Positions 29,069 to 38,520 of a stretch of 64,000 nt of DNA are shown in pieces. The stretch is taken from contig SCUM01000001.1 in assembly GCA_004297215.1 (NCBI GenBank), forward strand, positions 481,181 to 545,180. The letters run 5' to 3'. This DNA comes from Patescibacteria group bacterium. GTDB lineage: Bacteria; Patescibacteriota; Patescibacteriia; UBA9934; GWF2-40-263. Under the pieces are notes generated by a model, which saw nothing but the letters and a program-made list of their open reading frames with translations, searched no databases and was not told the DNA's origin. The translations under genes and the position numbers were made by a program. The stretch's first letter is position 1; each line of letters begins with the position of its first letter.

Positions 29069-29317
29069 TCAGCGGACGAACACGCGGGCGAGCGAGGTAA
29101 GCATGTCGGAAACGATGTTGGTGGCGATGAAGATGCCGAGGAAGGCGACCGCGAGGCCGATCAGCTTGAGGAACAGCCGGGTCTGCCCCACCCCGATCCT
29201 CTGCTCGGCGAAATCGATGGTGCCGGTCCAGGTGAACACGACCTCGGTCTTCCACACGAGGAGAAACCCGAGAAAAGCCACGACGAGGCCGAGCGGGATG
29301 CGCGCGATCGGGGACAT
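29069..29317 (-). CDS. Small membrane protein (82 aa, 2 TM helices).
   Basis: MSPIARIPLGLVVAFLGFLLVW…LIGLAVAFLGIFIATNIV. Confidence 0.45.
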   Translation of the reverse strand: MSPIARIPLGLVVAFLGFLLVWKTEVVFTWTGTIDFAEQRIGVGQTRLFLKLIGLAVAFLGIFIATNIVSDMLTSLARVFVR

Positions 29318-29370
29318 AGATGGCGGAAGTATACCACAAACCCCCCGTCGGCCTGACAGGGGGTTTCGGG

Positions 29371-29444
29371 TGGGCGCTGTAGGGATCGAACCTACGACCT
29401 TCTCGGTGTAAACGAGACGCTCTGACCAGCTGAGCTAAGCGCCC
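29371..29444 (-). tRNA. tRNA-Val (anticodon TAC).
   Basis: Reverse complement GGGCGCTTAGCTCAGCTGGTCAGAGCGTCTCGTTTACACCGAGAAGGTCGTAGGTTCGATCCCTACAGCGCCCA folds as a cloverleaf with anticodon loop TTTACAC. Confidence 0.85.
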
Positions 29445-29535
29445 GGGTTGACGAGGGCGTTTCCGAAGGGTATCTTAGCCGACGCGTCGCTTCAAGGAAG
29501 CGCGCGCATCACCCTACACGCAGCGGAGAAGCACG

Positions 29536-29925
29536 ATGCTCACCAGCAGGGTCCTGAACCGAGAACCGGCCATCAACGAGAAGAACGTCCTGGAAGCCCT
29601 CAGGAACGGGGCGATGGACCGGGACAGGCTGTTCGTCCGCCTTGATGCGGCCTACCCGAACAAGAAGCCGAACAGGGACGGCATCCGCGGCGGCCGCCTC
29701 CATGACATGCTCGAACGCATGGAGCGCGGGGGACAGATCGCCGTCACGCGCGTCGAAGCCGCGGGCTACGGGTCGAAGCCGTGCGTCTTCTACTCCCTCC
29801 CGCCGGTCGTCGAGCAAAAGAACGCGACCGAGATGGACCCGTCGCCCGTCGGCATGCCGACGGCCGATGTCGCGTTCCTCCCGCCACAGGTCCCGCCGGC
29901 CCTCATGCCGTCCCACGGGACCTGA
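29536..29925 (+). CDS. Hypothetical small protein, possibly a winged-helix fold.
   Basis: 129-aa ORF between the two tRNAs; no recognisable family. Confidence 0.35.
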   Translation: MLTSRVLNREPAINEKNVLEALRNGAMDRDRLFVRLDAAYPNKKPNRDGIRGGRLHDMLERMERGGQIAVTRVEAAGYGSKPCVFYSLPPVVEQKNATEMDPSPVGMPTADVAFLPPQVPPALMPSHGT

Positions 29926-30036
29926 TCCCTCCTTCCCCGTCGACGGGAAACGCCTGACCTGCCCCGTGCAGGTCTTTTTCATCCGTCCATGCTTGCCAAA
30001 CGGCGGGTCGGCTGTTATCCTGCCGGCACCAATTTC

Positions 30037-30122
30037 GCGGACGTGGCGGAATGGTATACGCACTAGCTTGAGGTGCTAGCGCCCGCAAGGGCTTGAGAGT
30101 TCGACTCTCTCCGTCCGCACCA
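30037..30122 (+). tRNA. tRNA-Ser (anticodon TGA), class II with a long variable arm, CCA encoded.
   Basis: GCGGACGTGGCGGAATGGTATACGCACTAGCTTGAGGTGCTAGCGCCCGCAAGGGCTTGAGAGTTCGACTCTCTCCGTCCGCACCA. Confidence 0.85.
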
Positions 30123-30154
30123 TCGACGACATCCTTGAACCGAGGAAACACGAG

Positions 30155-30186
30155 GAAAACCGACCATTCGTGGCCGGTTTTCTCGT
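30155..30186 (+). terminator. Hairpin followed by a T-rich tract after tRNA-Ser.
   Basis: aaaaccgaccattcgtggccggttttctcgtt. Confidence 0.4.
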
Positions 30187-30261
30187 TGCTGCAGGGTGCA
30201 AGGACGCGAACGTCATTTGCGACCTGTGGATAAATCACGATGGTACGTCTGGGCGGCCGCT

Positions 30262-33200
30262 TCATCTATAGACAGCGGCTGATCCCTGGTTTGCATTGCC
30301 TCCGACATCGTCGAGGTCAGCACCCACGATAAGTGTCTCCGCCGATTCTGATACCGAAACGCCAAAGTGATCGATCGTGGCGCCGTCAGCGGCGCTGAAC
30401 TTCTGGGCCTGATTCCAGGTCGATCCGGCACGGACGAATACGTACGCGGAACCCTGGTCGACGTTCGCGCCGACGGTATCTCGCTGGGCGCCAACGGCGA
30501 CGACGTCGCCCGAGATGCTCACGGAAATCCCGAAGTCAGCGTTCGTGGAGCCATCCGAGGCAACGAGCTTCTGCTGCTCGGTCCAAACAGAACCGCTGCG
30601 GACGAACACGTAGGCGCTACCCTGGTTCAGGTTGCTTCCGACGTCGTCTCGGTTCGCGCCGACGACGACCGAATTTCCGGAGATGCCGACGGAGATGCCG
30701 AAGACGTCGTTCCCGGCCGCGTCGCTCGCGACGAGCTTCTGCTGCTGATTCCAGGTCGAGCCGACGCGGAGGAAGACGTACGCCGCGCCCGGCTGCCCGC
30801 GGCCGGCGATGTCCACCCCGTCGGCGCCCGCGACGACGGAGTCACCATCGATCGCGACGGACCGGCCGAGGAAGTCCGAGGCGACGCCGTCGCTCGCGAT
30901 CAGCATCTGCTGCTGCGTCCACACCCCGCCGCTGCGCACGAACACGTACGCCGCGCCCTGCGCCGACCTGCCGGATACGGCATGGAAGAAGGACCCGACC
31001 ACGATCGTGTTGCCAGAGATCGCCACGGCGCTGCCGAACTGATCGTCCGCGGCTCCGTCGGTTGCCACGAGCTTCTGTTGCTGCGTCCACACCCCGCCGC
31101 TGCGCACGAATACGTAGGCGCTTCCTTGTCCCGTGTTGCCGTTGACGGCGTCGAAGAAGGCGCCGACGACGGCGGTGTCCCCGGAGATCGACACGGCTTG
31201 CCCAAACTGCTCGCCCGAGCCGGGCGACGTGGCACCGTCTCCGGCGACGAGCTGCTGCTGCAGGGTCCACTGCGCCCCGTTGCGGATGAAGACGGACGCG
31301 GTGCCCTGGTTCGAGCTGCCGCCGACGTCGTCGCCGGGCGCACCGACGATCGCCGTTTCACCCGAGACGCTCACCGAATGCCCGAAGGCGTCGCTTGCGG
31401 CGCCGTCCGCGGCCGTGAAGGCCTGCTGAAGTCCGGTCGGGAAGATCGGCGCCTGGACACAGCCACCTGGCGGTGAGGTCGCGGCCCCGCTCGCCCAGAA
31501 GGCGCTCCCGTCGAAGGACACCGCCAAGCCGCCCGTCCAGTCGCAGCTCACGTCGAAGCCGGTCCACCAGAAGTCGGCGGTCTGGGCGAGGTCGGCCTCG
31601 GCGACCATGTAGTGGGAGGCCGACAACACGTCGCTTGGCTCGCAGCGACGGAAGTTGAATCGCCAGGGAAGGCCGTTCGTACAGCTGGCGCACTCGTTCG
31701 GGAACGGCGCGTCTCCGACAGGCAGGTCGGGGAGCAGGTACTCGACCCAGCCGTCTCCGTCGCTGTCGTCCACCGGGATCTCCTGCCCGCTCTCTGCGAT
31801 CCCTTGCGCCCATCCGATGACGCATAGGTCGCTTCCCGCGACGAGGTTCGAGAGCGCCGTGCCGTCGTGGAGCTGAAACGCGCTCGGGTCGAGGAGCACC
31901 ACGCGGCTGTCGAGCGAATCGAGGCGCAATGGGGGAAGCGGCAGGCACGTGCCCGCCAGGCATTCCTCGTTGTACGCGCATGAGCCGCATGAGCCCCCGC
32001 ACCCGTCGGAACCGCACGTGCCCGCACACTGCGGCGTGCATGTGTCGACCATGAAGGAGCAAGACGATCCAAGCCCTGGCGACTCCGTCGGGTCATCGAC
32101 GAGCGTGATCGGTCGCTCGTCGCTGTCGAGCACCACGAGCTCCGCGGCGCAGGCCGAAACGTCGGCCGGCGTCGGACAGAACCAGGCGTCGCTCGACGCG
32201 ACGGTCGCTCGAAGGTCGAAGCGCAAACCTTCGCCCTGAGGCGGCGTGAGCAGGCATGCGTCCTGCGACCCGCTCGTCGAGCACATCGAGACCCACGGAC
32301 CGACGGGCTGTCCGGTGGCGAGGTCGAAACGCTGCGCGAGCAGCTCGAGGCCCGTGACGGAGGGCCCGAGGCAGCGGTAGATGGCGTAGACGTCTCCGCC
32401 GGCGATGTCGCAGTAGTCGAGGTTCGCCCAGCAGTCCGGATCCTGGCAGTCGATCCACCCGTCGCCGTCGTCGTCGACCGCGTCGAAGCAGGATTCCGCG
32501 CAGACGCCCTCGTCCACGAGCGCGTCGCAGTCGTTGTCGATCGTGTCGCAGCGCTCCAGGGCGCCCGGGTTGACCAGCGGATCGCCGTCCCCGCAGTCGC
32601 CGGCGGCGCACGCCGCGCCGTCGAGCCGCGTCATCGTGAGGTCGCAGTACCCATCCCCGTCGCTGTCGCAGAACTCGTCGACGTTCCCGTCGCAGTCGTT
32701 GTCCTGGCCGTCGCACACCTCGCTCGACTCGATGCACGGGCCGACGCAGCCCGGCTCGCCGACGAACAAGCAGCAGCGACGCTGCGCGGGGTGGCAGCCG
32801 ACGTCGCCGCAGTACGTGAGCTGAAAGTCGTTCCACTGGCACTGGCCGTCGAAGCAGCCGCCGGGCTCGTACACCTTGAGCTGGGTTTCGCCGTAGCACT
32901 CGGAGGGAGGGATGGTGTCGCAGGCGTCGGGCTCCCCGCAGGGGTCGCCGCAGTTGTCACTGCCGCAGATGGCGTTGCGGGCGGCGCAGTCGGACACGCA
33001 GTCGGGAACGCACACGGCGGTCGTAGAGCTGGTATTCTCGCAGTGCTCGCCGAAGCCACACGGTGGCGGAAAGATGTAGAGCCCTTCCCCGTTCTCGTCG
33101 AGTACCCAAGGGTGAACGGTGTCGCCTGGGTTCGGCGCCCAGCACTGCACGACGTCGGGCGTCGTGCAGATGGGGACACCAGCGCAGTCAGGATCGGCGC

Positions 33201-35226
33201 AGCCGATGAGGCCGTCGGCATCTTCGTCGGTCTGGGCGCCAGTGCACTGCTGGTCGACCGCAGGACACCCATCGACACAATCCTCCGGGGACGATGAGCA
33301 GTCCTCGGTCACCGTGGAGCAGACTCCATCGCCTCGGACGGGGCCGAAAGGTGGGTTGGAGCAGAGCGCGAGCACCTGTTGGCAATCGGCGCTCGACGCG
33401 AGCGTGGCGCAGTCGCTCGTGCTCTGATTCTGGGGGTTCGCATACAGATGAATGCGGACGCGTCCGTCGAACCCCGGCAGACTCCTCGTGGCTTCCCACC
33501 ACATGAAACCGCGCGAGAAGTACTGGCATGGATGGCTCGAAGGACAGAGCGGCTGGGACGCTGGCGCGCTCGGCGCCAGCTTGCGTTCGTCCGCGTCGCT
33601 ACCAGCGATATGCTCCTCGGACTCGGGAGCACCGAGCTTCGTCGGGCCGCCGGTCGGGTCGTCGTCAACCGGATCTTCCCCGTCGGCCATCAAGCACTTG
33701 AACGCGCCCCAGAACCCGCACCTTATCTGATGAACCGCGGTCTTGTTGTCGCGAAGGATGAGCGCACTGTCACGCGATCCCGGGCAGAGATCGTTGGGTG
33801 CGATGAAATCCTGGATCCAGACGCGTGGAGTGCCGGACTCGGGCCAGGGATGAACGGGATCGAGCGCGTCGCCGAGCTCCGCCGGACGGTCGATCCCGTC
33901 GACATCCCGACCTTCGATGTATCGCTCGACGAACGCGTATGAGTCGACATCGACGATGCCGTCTTGATCGAACGGTCGCCAGACTGCGGCGGTGGAACTT
34001 GTGCCTTCGAGCTGAACCCATCCAGGCCCGCATCGATCGCAGTAGGGATACTCATGCGCGGTAACCGCGTTGCCGTCCCACAGGAGGAAGCCGCGGTGGA
34101 AGTCTTGACGAGCGCCGTTCTCGAAGGAGTACTCGTCGGTGATCGGCAGGCCGAGCGTTTCCTCGGGGTTCTCTCCGAATGCGCACTGCGGCCCAGAGCC
34201 GGAGCAGGAACGGTAGAACTCACCGAATCCAAGTTTCAGGATTACTGCGCGATGTGCACCACCGAGGGCGTCGAAAACGATATCAACGCTGCCATTCAGC
34301 AGATCGGGCGCAGCGCCGTGATCGAACCTGTAGAAGTTCCTTGCCACACCACTCGGTCCGAACGAAGAAGCCACCACAGGCACCGCACTAGATCGAGCCC
34401 ATGCTTCATAGGGGTGGGCCCACGTTGCTGGGACCAGGGTCGTCCCCGTGAGTGAAACACCGAGCCTGACGACGGCGTCACGCATCTTCGCGTCGTTCCA
34501 TGACCTCAACCGCTGTGCTCGGTTGATGCAGCCCTCATCGACGCCGATGGGCTCAACAAGCTCCGCGCTGCCGTCCGCGTTGGTGTCGGCGCTGAGTTCG
34601 ACACCAAGATACTCCGAGCAGATCTGAGTATCCTTCTGGTGATCGAAATGAAGATGTGGCGCGAAACAGTCGTCGTAAGAAAGAGCGCCCGGACGACAAT
34701 CACAATCTGCTAGACGGCCTGCACCGCCAAGGTATCCGACAACATCCCCTGCCGCAAGCAGGTTCCCCTTGCGAACTTCAACGGAGGACATGTGGGCAAA
34801 TCGCGCGTACGTCCCTCCGTCGCCACAGCTATCGACATCCTCGTTCCCGTATCTAACCACTACGATCCGGCCATAACAACTCGACGCCTTCTCCGCACGA
34901 CAAACAACACCGTCCTGTGGCGTTACGATGGGAATCCCTTCATCATTATAGCCTTCAAACGACGTGCAAGCTGACGCCGAGACGTTGGGGTAGGTAGCCG
35001 CGTATCGTACCCAATCGATCCAGTTGAGATCCCAGGCGGCCTCATGTGCATGACTTGTTCCGCCACACCATCCGCGAGCCAACCACACCGCCTCGCCGCC
35101 GATAATCGGCATCGCAGCGTCGAGCGAGTCGCTCGCACACCCGTCATCACGATCAGGGCAGGGTGTGGCCAGTATCCTTGTGGCGACAGACACCACGGAA
35201 AGAAACACGATAGTCTGCTGTTTCAT
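30262..35226 (-). CDS. Giant secreted multidomain protein (1654 aa): M23-like N-terminal region, Cys-rich CxxDxDCDG repeats, and C-terminal FG-GAP beta-propeller repeats.
   Basis: Signal MKQQTIVFLSVVSVATRILA. HLHFDHQKD follows GDVVGYLGGAG (M23-like HxH). CDGQDNDCDGNVDE and CDTIDNDCDALVDEG are Myxococcus-type Cys-rich repeats. At least seven repeats of FGxSVxISGxTxVVGA…GSAYVF (FG-GAP). Confidence 0.8.
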   Translation of the reverse strand: MKQQTIVFLSVVSVATRILATPCPDRDDGCASDSLDAAMPIIGGEAVWLARGWCGGTSHAHEAAWDLNWIDWVRYAATYPNVSASACTSFEGYNDEGIPIVTPQDGVVCRAEKASSCYGRIVVVRYGNEDVDSCGDGGTYARFAHMSSVEVRKGNLLAAGDVVGYLGGAGRLADCDCRPGALSYDDCFAPHLHFDHQKDTQICSEYLGVELSADTNADGSAELVEPIGVDEGCINRAQRLRSWNDAKMRDAVVRLGVSLTGTTLVPATWAHPYEAWARSSAVPVVASSFGPSGVARNFYRFDHGAAPDLLNGSVDIVFDALGGAHRAVILKLGFGEFYRSCSGSGPQCAFGENPEETLGLPITDEYSFENGARQDFHRGFLLWDGNAVTAHEYPYCDRCGPGWVQLEGTSSTAAVWRPFDQDGIVDVDSYAFVERYIEGRDVDGIDRPAELGDALDPVHPWPESGTPRVWIQDFIAPNDLCPGSRDSALILRDNKTAVHQIRCGFWGAFKCLMADGEDPVDDDPTGGPTKLGAPESEEHIAGSDADERKLAPSAPASQPLCPSSHPCQYFSRGFMWWEATRSLPGFDGRVRIHLYANPQNQSTSDCATLASSADCQQVLALCSNPPFGPVRGDGVCSTVTEDCSSSPEDCVDGCPAVDQQCTGAQTDEDADGLIGCADPDCAGVPICTTPDVVQCWAPNPGDTVHPWVLDENGEGLYIFPPPCGFGEHCENTSSTTAVCVPDCVSDCAARNAICGSDNCGDPCGEPDACDTIPPSECYGETQLKVYEPGGCFDGQCQWNDFQLTYCGDVGCHPAQRRCCLFVGEPGCVGPCIESSEVCDGQDNDCDGNVDEFCDSDGDGYCDLTMTRLDGAACAAGDCGDGDPLVNPGALERCDTIDNDCDALVDEGVCAESCFDAVDDDGDGWIDCQDPDCWANLDYCDIAGGDVYAIYRCLGPSVTGLELLAQRFDLATGQPVGPWVSMCSTSGSQDACLLTPPQGEGLRFDLRATVASSDAWFCPTPADVSACAAELVVLDSDERPITLVDDPTESPGLGSSCSFMVDTCTPQCAGTCGSDGCGGSCGSCAYNEECLAGTCLPLPPLRLDSLDSRVVLLDPSAFQLHDGTALSNLVAGSDLCVIGWAQGIAESGQEIPVDDSDGDGWVEYLLPDLPVGDAPFPNECASCTNGLPWRFNFRRCEPSDVLSASHYMVAEADLAQTADFWWTGFDVSCDWTGGLAVSFDGSAFWASGAATSPPGGCVQAPIFPTGLQQAFTAADGAASDAFGHSVSVSGETAIVGAPGDDVGGSSNQGTASVFIRNGAQWTLQQQLVAGDGATSPGSGEQFGQAVSISGDTAVVGAFFDAVNGNTGQGSAYVFVRSGGVWTQQQKLVATDGAADDQFGSAVAISGNTIVVGSFFHAVSGRSAQGAAYVFVRSGGVWTQQQMLIASDGVASDFLGRSVAIDGDSVVAGADGVDIAGRGQPGAAYVFLRVGSTWNQQQKLVASDAAGNDVFGISVGISGNSVVVGANRDDVGSNLNQGSAYVFVRSGSVWTEQQKLVASDGSTNADFGISVSISGDVVAVGAQRDTVGANVDQGSAYVFVRAGSTWNQAQKFSAADGATIDHFGVSVSESAETLIVGADLDDVGGNANQGSAAVYR

Positions 35227-35814
35227 TTATCTCTCGATCTCGAGGCTATCGACGATTCCATCACAGGCATCCGAAATTGGTTGCGCTTGGGCATCAGCCA
35301 CCAGTTCCGAGCGGACTGTGTTTGAGACCTCAATAACTGTCCGCGGATCAATGACAACGAATCTTTGCGCTAGAACCATGACGTTCTCGGTCTCCACTAG
35401 ACGTCTAAATGCGACATTGCCTCGCAATGTAGTGAAGGTGTTCTCGTCTCCTACGCCCGCGGGAAGGTCTCCATCGTCACGCAGAGAATTCGCGAACTCC
35501 TTCAGGTCCTCGTCCGTTCGTATTGCGAAGGGACTCTCGTACAGCTTCATCGCGCACAAGAGCTCATTCCACCGAGCGGTGTTCCCATCTGGGGAGGCGT
35601 GCCATACGTTGCTAATGGGTTCACGGACGCTCCAGCCGAGTGGTGTCGTGAAGCGGGCTGTAACTGCGCCACCGAGTGAGATTCTCTCAACCCCATCCGG
35701 GAGCGGCTGCACGGGCTCGTCGGTGCATCCAGCGCCTGCGAGTGCCACGACGAGCAGAGCTAGTGCGAGAGCCTTTGCGAGGTGTCGTCGATGTCCTGGT
35801 GTTTCGGTCGGCAT
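35227..35814 (-). CDS. Lipoprotein, translationally coupled to the giant gene (its stop abuts the giant ATG).
   Basis: MPTETPGHRRHLAKALALALLVVALAGAGCTDEP: signal plus lipobox Cys. 195 aa. Confidence 0.55.
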   Translation of the reverse strand: MPTETPGHRRHLAKALALALLVVALAGAGCTDEPVQPLPDGVERISLGGAVTARFTTPLGWSVREPISNVWHASPDGNTARWNELLCAMKLYESPFAIRTDEDLKEFANSLRDDGDLPAGVGDENTFTTLRGNVAFRRLVETENVMVLAQRFVVIDPRTVIEVSNTVRSELVADAQAQPISDACDGIVDSLEIER

Positions 35815-36060
35815 AGTGCTGGTACCCTCGGTCAAGCCGTCGGGCGATGATAGCGCGGTCAGCGGATCCGCGTGGAGGCGCACCGACTTGCGTCCCGACT
35901 GCGCCGCCCAATTGATGAGGCGCAGTCCACAAGTCGGTGACGCTCGCACCCTCATGGTGCCCGACGTCGCCACTGCCGTCCAGACTACGGCGCCGTTGCA
36001 TCTATGTGGCGAAGTTGGCAAGGCTTCCCGACGGCGCCCTGGCGCCCTTGGAGGCAGCGC

Positions 36061-36978
36061 ATGCGCATCGACGAGGCGGCGCGGCTTTTCGTGGCCCACG
36101 TCCGGGATGAACGCCGATTCTCCCCGGCCACGGTAGTCAGCTATCGAGCCGAGCTACACCTGCTCGGCGTGTTCGCCGTGACTCGCGCCGTCGCCGATGT
36201 CGAGGGCGTCACGCACGTCCTGCTCGTCGAGTACCTCGGCTCCGGGGAGCCGCCCGTCGCCCCCTCGACCCGCAACCGCAAGCTCACGGTGCTGCGCAGC
36301 TTCTTCGCCTTCCTGGTGGATCAGAGGCTCGTCGCGGCGTCCCCCGCCCAGGACGTCCCCTTCGCCCGCGCCCCTCGGCGCGACGAGCCGAGCCTCTCGG
36401 CTCGCGACGTGGGCAAGCTCCTCGCCGTCCTCGCCAAGGAGGTCAGCTGGCGGGGCGTCCGTGACAGCTGCATCGTCCTCCTGCTCTTCCACACCGGGCT
36501 CCGGCTCTCGGAGATGCTCTCCCTCGACGTGGGCCAGGTCGACCTTGGCAACGCCCTCCTGCGCGAGGTGCGGCGCAAGGGAGGGCGCGAGCAGCCGCTT
36601 CCGCTCAACGCCGACGCCCTCTCGGCGCTCAAAGCGTGGCTGGAAGCCCGCAAGGGGCTTGTAATCGAGGGAGACGCCCTGTTCGTCTCACGCCTGGGCG
36701 GACGGCTGTCCAAGCGCGCCGTGCAAGGCCGGGTGAAGGAGGTCGGAGAGGCCGCAGGGGTCCCGTCCCTGCACCCCCACCTTCTGCGCCATAGCTTCGC
36801 CACCGAGGTGCTGGCCGCCGGTGGGAACCTCGAGGAGGTCCGGCGCCTGCTCGGGCACGCGAGCATCACGACGACGAGCCGGTACAGCCACCCGAGCGAC
36901 GAGGCGCTCCGGCGCGCCGTGGACCGCCTCTCGACCCCACCCAGCCCGCCCAGGCGTCCTCCGCGGGGAGCGCGATGA
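36061..36978 (+). CDS. Tyrosine recombinase (XerC/XerD-like, phage-integrase family).
   Basis: Catalytic R…HxxR…Y residues: LLFHTGLRLSEM, LLRHSFAT, LLGHASITTTSRYSH. Confidence 0.8.
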   Translation: MRIDEAARLFVAHVRDERRFSPATVVSYRAELHLLGVFAVTRAVADVEGVTHVLLVEYLGSGEPPVAPSTRNRKLTVLRSFFAFLVDQRLVAASPAQDVPFARAPRRDEPSLSARDVGKLLAVLAKEVSWRGVRDSCIVLLLFHTGLRLSEMLSLDVGQVDLGNALLREVRRKGGREQPLPLNADALSALKAWLEARKGLVIEGDALFVSRLGGRLSKRAVQGRVKEVGEAAGVPSLHPHLLRHSFATEVLAAGGNLEEVRRLLGHASITTTSRYSHPSDEALRRAVDRLSTPPSPPRRPPRGAR

Positions 36979-37127
36979 GAGCGCGGCACGACCGTGCGCT
37001 GTCTCGCGCGCTTGACTTCCTCCCGCGTAGTCTAGATGCTTCTGCGCCGTCGGTCGGGCGGCGCGCCGCACCCACGGAACCGCGGGGGCGAGTTCTCGTC
37101 AAGGTGCCGCACGACCCAGGAGGAAAG

Positions 37128-37892
37128 ATGAAGACACGCCATCGGATCGTTCAGGTTCTCGTCGCTGCGGCGACGCTCGTGGTGCTCGTGGCGTGCGGGA
37201 CCATCAAGACCACGCGCGATCGGTACGCGGTCGTCCCGTACGACGAGAAGGAGTTCCGCCAGGAGAAGGACGGCCTCATCGTCGAGTTCAAGCCGGTGGA
37301 TACCTACCCGCCCGAGCTCATCGTGAACCTCGCCTCGTGCTCCGAGACGTACCAGCAGCAGATGCAGCGCCAGAAGACCGGCGGGGAGGCGCCGCGCGAA
37401 GACGTGCTCATCCTCGATCCCCGTCGCGGCGAGTACTTCTCGCGCGTGACGGTCACCAACACGAGCGACCACGTCGTGCGCATGACCACCGGCGTCTTCA
37501 AGCTCTTCGACCCGGCGAACAACGCCAACGACGCCATGACCAAGGACGACATCGTCGCGTCCATCGAAGGGGCGCGCTCATGCGCCAACACCGCCGAGGC
37601 GACGGCCAAGGCGCGCAACATCAAGCTGTTCGACCGCGCCGTGGAGTTGGTGCCCAACAGCAGCTTCTCGGGCTGGATCGTGTTCAAGGTCGCGCCCGAG
37701 ATCATGTCGACGCCGGGCACATGGAAGGTCGCGCTGTATGAGCTGCCCATCGCCGTCGACGACGCCGGCAAGGTCACGAAGACGACTCGCTTCGAGATCC
37801 GCTCCATCTCGAAGAAGTTCGTCGACCGTTACGAGCAGGCCAACATGTTCGCCGCGCCACAGCTCGTCGGCACCGACGAGGTGACGCAATGA
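37128..37892 (+). CDS. Lipoprotein.
   Basis: RBS aggagg precedes the start. MKTRHRIVQVLVAAATLVVLVACG lipobox. Confidence 0.6.
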   Translation: MKTRHRIVQVLVAAATLVVLVACGTIKTTRDRYAVVPYDEKEFRQEKDGLIVEFKPVDTYPPELIVNLASCSETYQQQMQRQKTGGEAPREDVLILDPRRGEYFSRVTVTNTSDHVVRMTTGVFKLFDPANNANDAMTKDDIVASIEGARSCANTAEATAKARNIKLFDRAVELVPNSSFSGWIVFKVAPEIMSTPGTWKVALYELPIAVDDAGKVTKTTRFEIRSISKKFVDRYEQANMFAAPQLVGTDEVTQ

Positions 37893-38464
37893 GGCCGGCG
37901 ACCGAGCGGGCCACGCTCGCGTTCGCCCTTTGTGCACTGAGTGCGTGCGTCCCGACGCCGTCAAGCGGTGAGGGTGAAGGCGAGGGCGAGGGTGAAGGCG
38001 GGACTGGCGGAACAGGCCTGGCCCTTGGAGTAATCTGCATCAGTGCTGGCGGCGACGAGATCTGCCAGAATCAGGATGAGCTCATCGACCCAAGCATCAG
38101 CCGTTCCTCCGGTGGAGGGAACGTGTCGCTCTCCATCGAATTTGGCGACCCGTTCGATGGGCCCCTCAGCGCAGGCAGCTATGTATCGGGTCTGTATATC
38201 CTCGGCATTCCCGACGATGCTGAGGTGCCGTATGAATTCTTTGAGATTGGAAACGATGCACAGTGGTCAGTGTCGTGTGGTGCGTTGGCAACGAACAACC
38301 ACAACAATAACCCAGAAGATGGACATATATATTCATATTCATCATCATCGTTTGAAGGTGATTTTCATATGACTGAAAATGGATATGATCCATTTTCAGG
38401 ATCACTCGACGGGTGTCCGACTGTTGCGCCCGATCTGTCTGTTCGGTTCAATCTCATTCCGTAA
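37889..38464 (+). CDS. Lipoprotein with a poly(Gly-Glu) linker and a low-GC C-terminal patch.
   Basis: Lipobox ALCALSAC. Linker SSGEGEGEGEGEGG. ATGA overlap with the upstream gene. 38280-38400 is about 33% GC. Confidence 0.6.
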   Translation: MRPATERATLAFALCALSACVPTPSSGEGEGEGEGEGGTGGTGLALGVICISAGGDEICQNQDELIDPSISRSSGGGNVSLSIEFGDPFDGPLSAGSYVSGLYILGIPDDAEVPYEFFEIGNDAQWSVSCGALATNNHNNNPEDGHIYSYSSSSFEGDFHMTENGYDPFSGSLDGCPTVAPDLSVRFNLIP

Positions 38465-38487
38465 TGCGACGCGGCAGTCCAAGAAAA

Positions 38488-38510
38488 GTGCGCCACTTCG
38501 GGTGGCGCAC
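38488..38510 (-). terminator. GC-rich hairpin terminator between convergent genes.
   Basis: gtgcgccacttcgggtggcgcac forms a 9-bp perfect stem. The A-run aagaaaa on the plus strand gives a U-run for the minus-strand gene. Confidence 0.4.
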
Positions 38511-38520
38511 GCGACGTTGA

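Noticed and set aside
28068-29339. A single 423-aa ORF in the track spanning three loci.
   Set aside because: Only the C-terminal 134 aa are protein-like. The rest overlaps, out of frame, the SAM methyltransferase and the small membrane protein, which have proper motifs. It was split into three genes.
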